From a virus (Duplodnaviria; Heunggongvirae; Uroviricota; Caudoviricetes), in the IMG/VR virus record IMGVR_UViG_3300023371_004649: a DNA stretch of 38,220 nt; one strand, written 5' to 3'. Both the position numbers and the translations under genes were made by a program. The notes beneath the pieces were generated by a model, which was not told the DNA's origin, did no database searches, and saw only the letters and a list, made by a program, of their open reading frames with translations. Shown here piece after piece: positions 18,852 to 27,092 of the stretch (positions are counted from its first letter, which is position 1; every line of letters begins with the position of its first letter).

Positions 18852-18874
18852 TCTATCCACCTCCATTCTTGTTT

Positions 18875-18903
18875 ATTATAACATATTTTATTGTAAAAAT
18901 CAA
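18875..18903 (-). promoter_or_regulatory. sigmaA-type promoter
   Basis: Reverse strand TTGATT-17-TATAAT with ATATGTTATAAT. Confidence 0.8.
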
Positions 18904-19016
18904 TATCCTTTTAAAAGCATATAAAGGCCCAAGAATCGATTTTAAATGTTAGGACGCCCAGCGCATAGGAAAGGGGCTTAGAAAGCCTCTACGGCCTCCT
19001 AAACCCCCTAAAAACA

Positions 19017-20351
19017 TTAGTCGTCGTATTCTCCCTTAATCCCTTCAGGAAGATTAATAAGGTCCAAAGAATTACGAACAAAAACTTCCATCCTACGAAT
19101 ATAGAATTCTCCATTTTTCTCATTGACAATAATATTTTTAATGTCAAGAGAAGGAATGTTATCTCTCAAAATTCGCAGCAAGGTCTTCTTGTTTTCGGTG
19201 CTATCAACAATAAAGAGAGAATCATCTCGTCTATTATCGCCAATAGTTTCGAAAGTTTTCTTTGTTTCCTCATCAGTCATTATCTCTCCAACTCCGAAGT
19301 GATAACCAGAACAATAAGAAAGTTCTACATTGATGTATCCATACTTGTCCATTTTAAAATTATGACAAGAGAATCCAATTTTATTAACCGTCATGCGACT
19401 CATTTTTGTATACATCGAATTGAGAACGTCTCTTGCCTTTTCTGCGGGGAACATTTCACCAATAGATTCTTCGATATCTCGGATTTCCATATTGATTTTA
19501 CGAGCTTTAGCATGCCGCTCATTAACAATATTCCAAATCTCTCCGTTGTACCCAAAGATTCCGCAAAGTTCCGCAAAATAACTTTCAACAAGCGTACCAC
19601 AAGTATTAATCATACTGGGTTCATTAAAACTAATTGTAGACTCAATCTCAGAAACCAACTTCTTAATACGAAGTCTCTCGTCTTCATTTAACTCTTCAGA
19701 CACATAAAGACAAACCGTCTCCTTGTCAATATTAAAGTTATCGAAATCGACCTTCTGGATATGAAATTCTAACTCGTAAATACTTTCTCCACGAGTAGTA
19801 ATATGAAGATTCCGAGCACCTCTACTTTCCCAAAACTCTTTCATCAAATCATGATTTTTGGCAGTATCAAGGAAAGCATTGTCATGCATCTTGTCCTTAC
19901 CAATCTCAAATCCAAGACTGGTTAATCTTGTAATCTGATTTTCGAAATTGATTTTAGCGCTTGCAGGATTATCAGAAAAATGCTTGCTGTGAAGTGTTAA
20001 ACAAAGCTGAATGTGAATGGTACCATATTCATTGACTTCAAGCTCTCGACACCAACCAAAGTTGTACATGTCAAGAAAGTTGTCAAAAATGGTATTTAAA
20101 CTCTTAACGTACTCCGAGATAGAAGTCTCTGGGTTAGTTTCCATTCGTGCAAGTTTTTCTTTAGCCTCAGAAAGCCGAACATCATCGCTTACCCTAAAAA
20201 GTTGGATTCTCTCGTCTTCGTTATATTTATACCCTCGAGCATTTAAGATTTCACGAATCGCCTGTTCTCCCTCTTTCAGCACGCCCTCAAATTTTTCTTT
20301 CTTACATTCCCCTGAATGGTAGAGATTAATAAAAGAATTAAGTATCGCCAT
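19017..20351 (-). CDS. Hypothetical protein with internal domain duplication (444 aa)
   Basis: GGAGGAGG SD; two similar alpha/beta units (see findings). Confidence 0.8.
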   Translation of the reverse strand: MAILNSFINLYHSGECKKEKFEGVLKEGEQAIREILNARGYKYNEDERIQLFRVSDDVRLSEAKEKLARMETNPETSISEYVKSLNTIFDNFLDMYNFGWCRELEVNEYGTIHIQLCLTLHSKHFSDNPASAKINFENQITRLTSLGFEIGKDKMHDNAFLDTAKNHDLMKEFWESRGARNLHITTRGESIYELEFHIQKVDFDNFNIDKETVCLYVSEELNEDERLRIKKLVSEIESTISFNEPSMINTCGTLVESYFAELCGIFGYNGEIWNIVNERHAKARKINMEIRDIEESIGEMFPAEKARDVLNSMYTKMSRMTVNKIGFSCHNFKMDKYGYINVELSYCSGYHFGVGEIMTDEETKKTFETIGDNRRDDSLFIVDSTENKKTLLRILRDNIPSLDIKNIIVNEKNGEFYIRRMEVFVRNSLDLINLPEGIKGEYDD

Positions 20352-20387
20352 TTATATTCCTCCTCCAAAAATAACTTTTACATTATT

Positions 20388-20466
20388 ATTATAACATATT
20401 CTTTTATTAAAGACAACTAAAAACAATAAATTAATAATTGATTTTTATCAAAACATGTGTTATAAT
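20388..20466. promoter_or_regulatory. Divergent promoter pair
   Basis: Minus: TTGTCT-17-TATAAT (20388-20416). Plus: TTGATT-17-TATAAT (20438-20466). Confidence 0.8.
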
Positions 20467-20500
20467 AAAAACATAACATTTTTAGAAAGGCCTGATAGAT

Positions 20501-21496
20501 TTGAAAATCTTTATTATTGGAAGCGGTAGTTGGGGAACTGCTCTAGGACAAGTTTGCGTTGATAATAACCATGAAGTGTTACTTTATGGTAGAAACCCCG
20601 CAACAGTATATGAAATCAATAACTTTCATTCAAACTCAAAATACTTCCCAAACGTTTCTTTAAATACGAAACTAAGAGCAACTCTAAATTTAGATGAAAT
20701 AAAAGATGCTGATATTATTGTTTTGTCTATACCTAGTATTACTATTTCTGATACATGTAACCAAATCAAAAAATATATTAATAAAAAAGCAATAATTGTA
20801 AATACTGCAAAAGGTTTCGAGCCAAATACCAATAAACGTATGTCAGATGCCATTAGAGATGCGTTTTCTACATCCAGTATTAGTAGCGTTGTATCTCTTA
20901 TTGGTCCTAGTCATGCAGAAGAAGTCGTACTTCGCACATTAACTACTATTTGTGCTGTTTCTATCAACAAAGAAGACGCTGAAGTTGTTCAGAATGTATT
21001 TTCGAACCAATATTTCCGAGTATATACAGCTTCCGATGAAATAGGCAGCGAATATGGAGTCGCTATTAAAAACAGCATTGCCTTAGCTAGCGGTATGCTG
21101 TCGGGTCTTGGATATGGCGATAATACCAGAGCCGCACTAATTACAAGAGGATTAGCCGAAATGATTAGATTTGGCACAGCAATGGGAGCGAACGAAAAAA
21201 CATTCATTGGTCTTACTGGCGTTGGAGACCTAATTGTAACTTGTACCAGTCTTCATTCTCGTAATTTTGAAGCAGGATACCAAATTGGAAAAGCAGATAC
21301 TGCTAAAGTATATTGGGAGAAAAACAAGAAAACAGTTGAAGGTGTAAGAACTACAGAAGTTCTTTACCACCTCAAAGAGGCAATGAATATTGATATGCCG
21401 ATTATTGATGAAATATATAACGTTTTATATAAAAACAAAAAGCCTTCTGATAGCGCAAAAGACCTGATGTTAAGAGAGCTCAAAGCAGAGGATTAA
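20501..21496 (+). CDS. gpsA: NAD(P)H-dependent glycerol-3-phosphate dehydrogenase
   Basis: IGSGSWGTAL Rossmann motif, AKGFE, GPSHAEEV, AIKN, GVGDLIVTCTS.HSRN, VEG. Confidence 0.96.
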   Translation: MKIFIIGSGSWGTALGQVCVDNNHEVLLYGRNPATVYEINNFHSNSKYFPNVSLNTKLRATLNLDEIKDADIIVLSIPSITISDTCNQIKKYINKKAIIVNTAKGFEPNTNKRMSDAIRDAFSTSSISSVVSLIGPSHAEEVVLRTLTTICAVSINKEDAEVVQNVFSNQYFRVYTASDEIGSEYGVAIKNSIALASGMLSGLGYGDNTRAALITRGLAEMIRFGTAMGANEKTFIGLTGVGDLIVTCTSLHSRNFEAGYQIGKADTAKVYWEKNKKTVEGVRTTEVLYHLKEAMNIDMPIIDEIYNVLYKNKKPSDSAKDLMLRELKAED

Positions 21497-21539
21497 AATA
21501 AAAAACGAGAGGATTAATTAATCCTCTCGTTTTTTATTT
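21496..21539. terminator. Bidirectional terminator (44-bp perfect palindrome)
   Basis: AAATAAAAAACGAGAGGATTAA|TTAATCCTCTCGTTTTTTATTT. Confidence 0.85.
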
Positions 21540-21546
21540 CTTAAAT

Positions 21547-21702
21547 TTAACGAAAAATCACTTTGTGAAAATCCCATTTAAATTTATAAATATAAAATTT
21601 AAACTTAAGTTCAGGTGGCATATTTGAAAGTGAGAACACTTTACCATCCCTAAATTCAATATAATCTCTTAATTCTTTTGGAGGCAGTTTAATGTTTTTC
21701 AT
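21547..21702 (-). CDS. Small ORF not in the supplied track (51 aa: MKNIKLPPKELRDYIEFRDGKVFSLSNMPPELKFKFYIYKFKWDFHKVIFR)
   Basis: GGGGGAG SD right after the upstream stop; ends at the terminator. Confidence 0.55.
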   Translation of the reverse strand: MKNIKLPPKELRDYIEFRDGKVFSLSNMPPELKFKFYIYKFKWDFHKVIFR

Positions 21703-21714
21703 GTCATCTCCCCC

Positions 21715-22977
21715 TTACCAATCGGAATCCCAGTCAGTTCCACCACTATCCCAATCAGAACCAGAATCCCAATCCCAATCGCTATCGCTGGACCAATCGT
21801 AATCATCGTCGTCGTAACTAGATTGTTGGTCTTCCCAATATCTATCATAAGCAGCTTCATTACTTTCATATGATTGGTACCAAGTAGTATCTTCAAAATC
21901 AGTAGGATTCCAGGTACTAGATAAAGAGTCAGTATAATAATAAATATCTCCGATATCTCTACCAGCATAATATTCCCCATCATTATACCACAAATCATCT
22001 CCAAGAATCTCTTTATCATTTTCACTACAATAGTATTCCCAACTATCATCTCTGTAAATATACCAACCACTATTATCGTCACCACTGCCATAACTAGCGT
22101 GCGAATCATCTAGGAAATAGTACAAATTATCATCATGATAGTAATAAGAAGTAGATGGGGTCATATGATGCCCAGCATCTATATACGCCTTAGAACGATA
22201 AATATCAAGCTCATGATATTCCATGCCAAGATGACTAGCTAAATCAGTAGCATATTCATACCTCTTAGCACTTTCGAGCCCTGGAGGCAGTGTTTCTTCA
22301 TCTTCATATGTTTGGAAAAATTCCCATTCACCTAACGATATGTCATATATCCACCAATTATATCCTCCAGATTGATATTCATATCCTTCGTTATAATAAA
22401 TTTGATTTGTTTCTGTCAAATAATAATCATAACTAGAAGAGTAATTTAGGTTTTGTGTTACAAGAGAAAACATCCCAATTATAGCGATATTCATTACTAT
22501 AATAACAGCTATAATTGTTGTAATAACTCCTGTTTTATTACTTCTAGGCTTTCTAGAAGGACTTCTATTATATAAATTGTTTTGATTCCTGGATTGTTTT
22601 TTTAAATTTAAGTTTTTTTGGTTCAGAATTTCTTCTTTTAAGCGCATATATAATTCATTAACGGCATAAGCCTCATCGGAACCCTTATATCTAATAGCTC
22701 TCGAACCATCAGCTTTATTTTTATAAACAACAAATACTCCATCTGCCTCATAAATACCAAAAGCACGAGGAGCATGCGTATCTTTACCAATAAAAAACCT
22801 TGTAACTTCTTCAGGTGGTAGATTCCTGGCCCTGTACCAACTCTGAAGCTCTGCTATTGTTTGAGGAGTCTCCCCAACACTACGCTTGTGGTCTTTATTT
22901 GCCGCCCCACAAGTTGGACATACCTCTTGTGAATCGTCAATATAATAGCCACAATATTCACACCTTACTTTTGCCAT
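21715..22977 (-). CDS. Zinc-ribbon + TM + Tyr/Trp/Asp-rich extracellular protein with DW-repeat tail
   Basis: CEYC...CPTC N-terminus, central TM, acidic aromatic C-terminus ending DWDWDSGSDWDSGGTDWDSDW. Confidence 0.85.
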   Translation of the reverse strand: MAKVRCEYCGYYIDDSQEVCPTCGAANKDHKRSVGETPQTIAELQSWYRARNLPPEEVTRFFIGKDTHAPRAFGIYEADGVFVVYKNKADGSRAIRYKGSDEAYAVNELYMRLKEEILNQKNLNLKKQSRNQNNLYNRSPSRKPRSNKTGVITTIIAVIIVMNIAIIGMFSLVTQNLNYSSSYDYYLTETNQIYYNEGYEYQSGGYNWWIYDISLGEWEFFQTYEDEETLPPGLESAKRYEYATDLASHLGMEYHELDIYRSKAYIDAGHHMTPSTSYYYHDDNLYYFLDDSHASYGSGDDNSGWYIYRDDSWEYYCSENDKEILGDDLWYNDGEYYAGRDIGDIYYYTDSLSSTWNPTDFEDTTWYQSYESNEAAYDRYWEDQQSSYDDDDYDWSSDSDWDWDSGSDWDSGGTDWDSDW

Positions 22978-22993
22978 AGATTAACCCCCTTTC

Positions 22994-23095
22994 TTATACA
23001 AGAACAGGCGCAATCATAGACAAAATTGTAGAAAAAATCATAAGAATACTTAATGCAACAGCTATCCCTTTTTGAAGTTTTTGTTTCTTTCTCAA
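22994..23095 (-). CDS. 33-aa single-TM miniprotein, Prli42/DUF4044-like (MRKKQKLQKGIAVALSILMIFSTILSMIAPVLV)
   Basis: Not in the ORF track. GGGAGGTG SD with TTG start; basic N-terminus plus a hydrophobic helix; directly upstream of the zinc-ribbon gene. Confidence 0.65.
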   Translation of the reverse strand: MRKKQKLQKGIAVALSILMIFSTILSMIAPVLV

Positions 23096-23322
23096 CTTCG
23101 ACACCTCCCGAATAAATAAGTTACTTATATTATACTAATTTTTTATATAAGTATAAACCCCAAAGTAGTACTAAGAGAATAACACTTTTACCCACTAATT
23201 TAATAGGTGAAAGTATTTACTTTTCGTATAAAATATGTTATTATGTAAATAATATTTATCTGATAATATTAACTTTGTATCGATACAATATCAGTAAGAA
23301 AATACTGAAAGGGGAAATTGTC

Positions 23323-23496
23323 ATGAAAACCAATAATAAATATGAGGCGCTAACTCCCAAAACTGCATCAGCGACAATTAACTCAATTAGGGACCGCTAT
23401 TGCAAAGAACTTAGCCCAAGAGAAATGGAAGCACTCATTGCGGCTGAAAATATGTTGAGAGAAAACCCTGATTTAGCAGTGAAATATTTAAGATAA
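23323..23496 (+). CDS. Small hypothetical protein (57 aa)
   Basis: Start moved to ATG 23323 (AAAGGGG SD); promoter ATATGTTATTAT near 23232; terminator at 23499-23526. Confidence 0.6.
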   Translation: MKTNNKYEALTPKTASATINSIRDRYCKELSPREMEALIAAENMLRENPDLAVKYLR

Positions 23497-23498
23497 CT

Positions 23499-23526
23499 AA
23501 GCTCCAAAGTTAGTTTGGAGCTTTTT
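23499..23526 (+). terminator. Intrinsic terminator
   Basis: AAGCTCCAAA-gttag-TTTGGAGCTT plus Ts. Confidence 0.8.
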
Positions 23527-23549
23527 CCATATATTTTTTTAATATCGAG

Positions 23550-24368
23550 GTGATTATAATAAAAAGAAACAAAATAATGCTAACCATATTTCTATTTTTA
23601 ATAGCCCCAATTGTGTATTACTGGCAAAATAATTTCATTGTAACAACATATTACCAATATGAAAACTCGAAAATCCCTGAAAACTTCGATAATTTTAAAA
23701 TCCTACAAATTTCAGATTGGCACAATAAAAATTTCGGCAAACAGTTAAGCGAAAAAATACATATAGAAGACCCAGATATAGTAATTATAACAGGCGACTT
23801 TCTAGATGTTTATAACCCCAATAAAGAACTTGCTGAAGAATTTCTAAAAGAGTTGAACTCTAAATATCCCGTTTATTTAATAACTGGGAATCATGAAAAA
23901 GCTCTTTTCAAAAAGCAGATTACAACAAAGGAAATATTAAAAACTAACACTATAATGCTAGAAAATTCATCAATAGATATAGAAAAGGGAAAAGATAAAA
24001 TAACACTTTATGGCATAAAAGATTACACCTACAACAAAAACGTAGAATATGACATGAAAACAACAATCAATGCCCAAAACACAAATTTTAGTATATTGTT
24101 AGCCCATCAACCACAATATTTTGAAGAATATTCAAAATATAACGTAGATTTAATATTTTCTGGACATGAACATGGTGGCCAAATAAGAGTCCCATTTTTA
24201 GGCTCGATATATTCTCATCAAGGTTGGTTTGCTGATTGGACTTCGGGAATGCACACACTAAATGAAAAAACAATGATTGTTAGCAGAGGCTTAGGAAATA
24301 GCAAATTATTACCAATCAGATTATTTAATCAACCAGAATTAGTATTAACCACTTTGTATAAAAAATAA
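23550..24368 (+). CDS. Membrane-anchored metallophosphoesterase (YkuE/YaeI-like)
   Basis: Calcineurin-like motifs DWH, GD, GNHE, H, GHEHGGQ; N-terminal TM. Confidence 0.92.
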   Translation: MIIIKRNKIMLTIFLFLIAPIVYYWQNNFIVTTYYQYENSKIPENFDNFKILQISDWHNKNFGKQLSEKIHIEDPDIVIITGDFLDVYNPNKELAEEFLKELNSKYPVYLITGNHEKALFKKQITTKEILKTNTIMLENSSIDIEKGKDKITLYGIKDYTYNKNVEYDMKTTINAQNTNFSILLAHQPQYFEEYSKYNVDLIFSGHEHGGQIRVPFLGSIYSHQGWFADWTSGMHTLNEKTMIVSRGLGNSKLLPIRLFNQPELVLTTLYKK

Positions 24369-24402
24369 AGCACTGAGACTTAAATATTAGCTCAGTGCTT
24401 TT
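24367..24402. terminator. Bidirectional intrinsic terminator
   Basis: AAAGCACTGAG-loop-CTCAGTGCTTT. Confidence 0.8.
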
Positions 24403-24724
24403 AGTATGTAAACGTAACTAAATATAAGAATGCAAATATAACGGTTAACAAAAGTATTATCCCAGAAATACATGTTCCATCCAAAAAGAAGACGCTATTT
24501 TTTATTAAAATAACAGAAAAAACAACGCTTATAATGGTAAGAATCCCTGCAACAACAAACGCAGCTACGGTATTTGCTACAAGGTGTATTATGCCATAAA
24601 TAAAAAACAAAAATACAGCCAATAGCATTGATAACACTAGAAGCATCACGCTTAATGCTATTTCTGGAATTATCTCCTCAAATTCTATATGGAATCTCTT
24701 CCGTCTATCTTTTTTGATTTTTAT
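24401..24724 (-). CDS. Small multi-TM membrane protein
   Basis: Hydrophobic ORF. The track starts it at GTG 24649, but the frame stays open to an ATA at 24724 with a GAGGTGG SD. Confidence 0.65.
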   Translation of the reverse strand: MKIKKDRRKRFHIEFEEIIPEIALSVMLLVLSMLLAVFLFFIYGIIHLVANTVAAFVVAGILTIISVVFSVILIKNSVFFLDGTCISGIILLLTVIFAFLYLVTFTY

Positions 24725-24736
24725 TTCGAGTCCACC

Positions 24737-24940
24737 TCAATCCTTGATGAGTTCAGGATTGAGCTCTGCAGGACTCTGCCAATCAACGCCCATCTGAGCA
24801 AGTAGCTCTTTCTTTCTCTTCCAGAAGGAAATGTTAGAAATTTTCTTTTTATTAAACTCTTCATCTAAAATAGGAAATACCTTTATCATAGCATGTACAT
24901 ATTCTGGGGACTTCTCAATGGGGTCACGAATAATTTCCAT
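24737..24940 (-). CDS. Conserved small hypothetical protein (67 aa)
   Basis: DPIE...FWKRKKELL...GVDWQSPAELNP pattern; AAGGAGG SD; promoter at 24970-24999. Confidence 0.75.
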   Translation of the reverse strand: MEIIRDPIEKSPEYVHAMIKVFPILDEEFNKKKISNISFWKRKKELLAQMGVDWQSPAELNPELIKD

Positions 24941-24969
24941 AACAAATACCTCCTTTATTTTCTAGGTTT

Positions 24970-25056
24970 ATTATAACATATATATAGGCATAAAGTCAAG
25001 TAAATTTTCTGAAAATTTCTTAACTCCTTGATTTTTTTATAAAAATATGTTATTAT
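24970..25056. promoter_or_regulatory. Divergent promoter pair
   Basis: Minus: TTGACT-18-TATAAT (24970-24999). Plus: TTGATT-17-TATTAT (25028-25056). Confidence 0.75.
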
Positions 25057-25088
25057 TTATCTAGAACATTTGTTAGGAGGGAAAATTT

Positions 25089-25520
25089 ATGATAGAAATT
25101 AAAATCACAGACGAACAGGAACGCTACTTAATGGATGTTGTATCCGATAAACTAACCAGATATATGTTAGATAAGCGAATGTCTGAAATGATTGGCACAG
25201 TTACAAAACAAGTTGCTGAAGAAGTAAAAACGGAACTTGCCGAATCAGGAAAAATAGATGAAAAAGTAGACACCGTTGTCAAAAAAATTGAACAGTCTCT
25301 AATTTCAAGAACTCACAAACAGATGAGCGATACATTTGAAAGGATTAAGAATTCTCCTGAAGAATTAAGTCCTGACGCAAAGAGAATGAGAGACACTCTT
25401 ATCGCTACAATGATTGGATATCAGAATGAAATCGGAAACGATACTGAATCGGAAGCGTATAAATCTTATCAGCGAGTAATGGAATTAATTGAAAAAGATT
25501 ACGGACAATTTATGCATTAA
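25089..25520 (+). CDS. Helical hypothetical protein (143 aa)
   Basis: AGGAGGG SD, with its own promoter and terminator. Confidence 0.75.
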   Translation: MIEIKITDEQERYLMDVVSDKLTRYMLDKRMSEMIGTVTKQVAEEVKTELAESGKIDEKVDTVVKKIEQSLISRTHKQMSDTFERIKNSPEELSPDAKRMRDTLIATMIGYQNEIGNDTESEAYKSYQRVMELIEKDYGQFMH

Positions 25521-25522
25521 TT

Positions 25523-25561
25523 AACTAAAGCACCATTAATAAAATGGTGCTTTAGTTTTTT
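25523..25561 (+). terminator. Intrinsic terminator
   Basis: AACTAAAGCACCATT-aataa-AATGGTGCTTTAGTT plus Ts. Confidence 0.8.
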
Positions 25562-25643
25562 GTTCTAGTATGCTTGTTCGTCTCTTTCAAAGTAGAAAAA
25601 AGAAATAAAAGATGTTATAATAAAATTATCTTTAAAGAAAGAG

Positions 25644-27092
25644 GTGACAAATATCAAAGCTTGGTTTAAAGAGAACAGCAAATATTTGTTTATAGTATTT
25701 GCATTTTTAGTATTTTTATCTACCTTTACAAATCTAGACCAAGACGTTTATTGGCATTTAAAAAACGGTGAAAGTTTGTTGCAACATGGTATGGATGGCC
25801 AAGATTATTTCTCCTATTGGGGTGGAAACTTTGTTTCCCATGAATGGCTGTATGATATTTTTTTACACGTTTTGTATCAAATAGACGGTCTTAGATTAAT
25901 AAAATTAATATCTTTTATTGCTATTGGTGCATCTTTGTTTATGAGCTTAAAAGTAGCACAAAAGAAAAGAAATAGCAGTTTATTTATTTATCTAATTCCA
26001 ATTATTATTTGGGCAACATCTAGAATTCTGTTAGAAGCGAGACCCCAAATTGCTTCTTTGTTCTTCTTCTGTTTGTCAATTTATATATTAGAGCATAATA
26101 AACATTTTTGGCTGTTACCAGTAGCTAGTTTATTAACTGTAAATTTACACGGAGGTATGGCATTTTTAGTTGTGCTAATACCTGTTTTGTATTTTATTTC
26201 TCATATTTTTGATGAAGAAGTAATAGACACAAAATACTTAAAAAAGCTAGGATTAACTATCCTATCCATGCTTCTAACTTTAGGAATTACTCCTTACGGA
26301 TTTGAAAGCGTCACATATGGTATTGGATATCCCGAATGGACATATGACAGAATAGCGGAATGGCAAGTAATTATTCAAGATAGTGGAGATATTTGGTTGC
26401 TATTTTTAATGCTTGCATCTCTGGCAGCAATGGCCTATACAAAAAAAGCAAAATTAAAAGATATTTTATTTATGTCCATGGGTTTAATGCTGACATTTAT
26501 TCATTTAAGAATGGCATTAATAATGGTGCCTATTTATATCATGTACGCATGCCCATATCTTGCCGAAACATTTAAATCTATTACAGAAAGATTTAATTTC
26601 CCTAAAATTAAACTTCCTGTAAAAATAGACATCAATATATTGTTAGTAGTTATGGTCATTTTATGTGGATATAATACCTACAATATTGACCTAGAAACTA
26701 TTGAGAAAACAGCAAACAGCTCCCCCGTAATTATTAAAAATTATATTGAGGAAAACAATATAGATATAGAAAATAATATTATGTATAATGATTACGGCTA
26801 TGGAGGATATTTTATTTTTAATAATTATCCCGTTTTCGTAGATGGCAGAGTCGATGTTTATACTGAAGAATACGGAAACAAACCAGTACTAATTGATTAT
26901 TTCAAAGTCTGGGACGTTACAGATGAACTTAATGATATTATTGAAAAATATAATATCAAATATTGGGCTATTGCATATGATGAACCGCTATATCATCATT
27001 TAGTTGAGAATGACATAGCCGAAATATTAGTAGAAGATAGTAAATATGCGTTCCTAAAAACCATAGAAAAGGAGGTAGTTGCTAATGATTAA
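25644..27092 (+). CDS. GT-C-fold-like polytopic membrane protein, paralog 1
   Basis: About 10-12 TM segments; DVYWHL..G, HEWL, RPQ, NLHGG, IAEW, FVDGR.D.Y motifs; C-terminal extracellular domain. Confidence 0.65.
   Translation: MTNIKAWFKENSKYLFIVFAFLVFLSTFTNLDQDVYWHLKNGESLLQHGMDGQDYFSYWGGNFVSHEWLYDIFLHVLYQIDGLRLIKLISFIAIGASLFMSLKVAQKKRNSSLFIYLIPIIIWATSRILLEARPQIASLFFFCLSIYILEHNKHFWLLPVASLLTVNLHGGMAFLVVLIPVLYFISHIFDEEVIDTKYLKKLGLTILSMLLTLGITPYGFESVTYGIGYPEWTYDRIAEWQVIIQDSGDIWLLFLMLASLAAMAYTKKAKLKDILFMSMGLMLTFIHLRMALIMVPIYIMYACPYLAETFKSITERFNFPKIKLPVKIDINILLVVMVILCGYNTYNIDLETIEKTANSSPVIIKNYIEENNIDIENNIMYNDYGYGGYFIFNNYPVFVDGRVDVYTEEYGNKPVLIDYFKVWDVTDELNDIIEKYNIKYWAIAYDEPLYHHLVENDIAEILVEDSKYAFLKTIEKEVVAND

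Noticed and set aside
18950-19010. Resemblance to a c-di-GMP-I riboswitch (GGACGC...AAAGCC...GGCC..TAAACC)
   Set aside because: The GCAAA/GNRA tetraloop-receptor architecture is missing, and the element lies 3' of a gene with pairing that favours the opposite strand.
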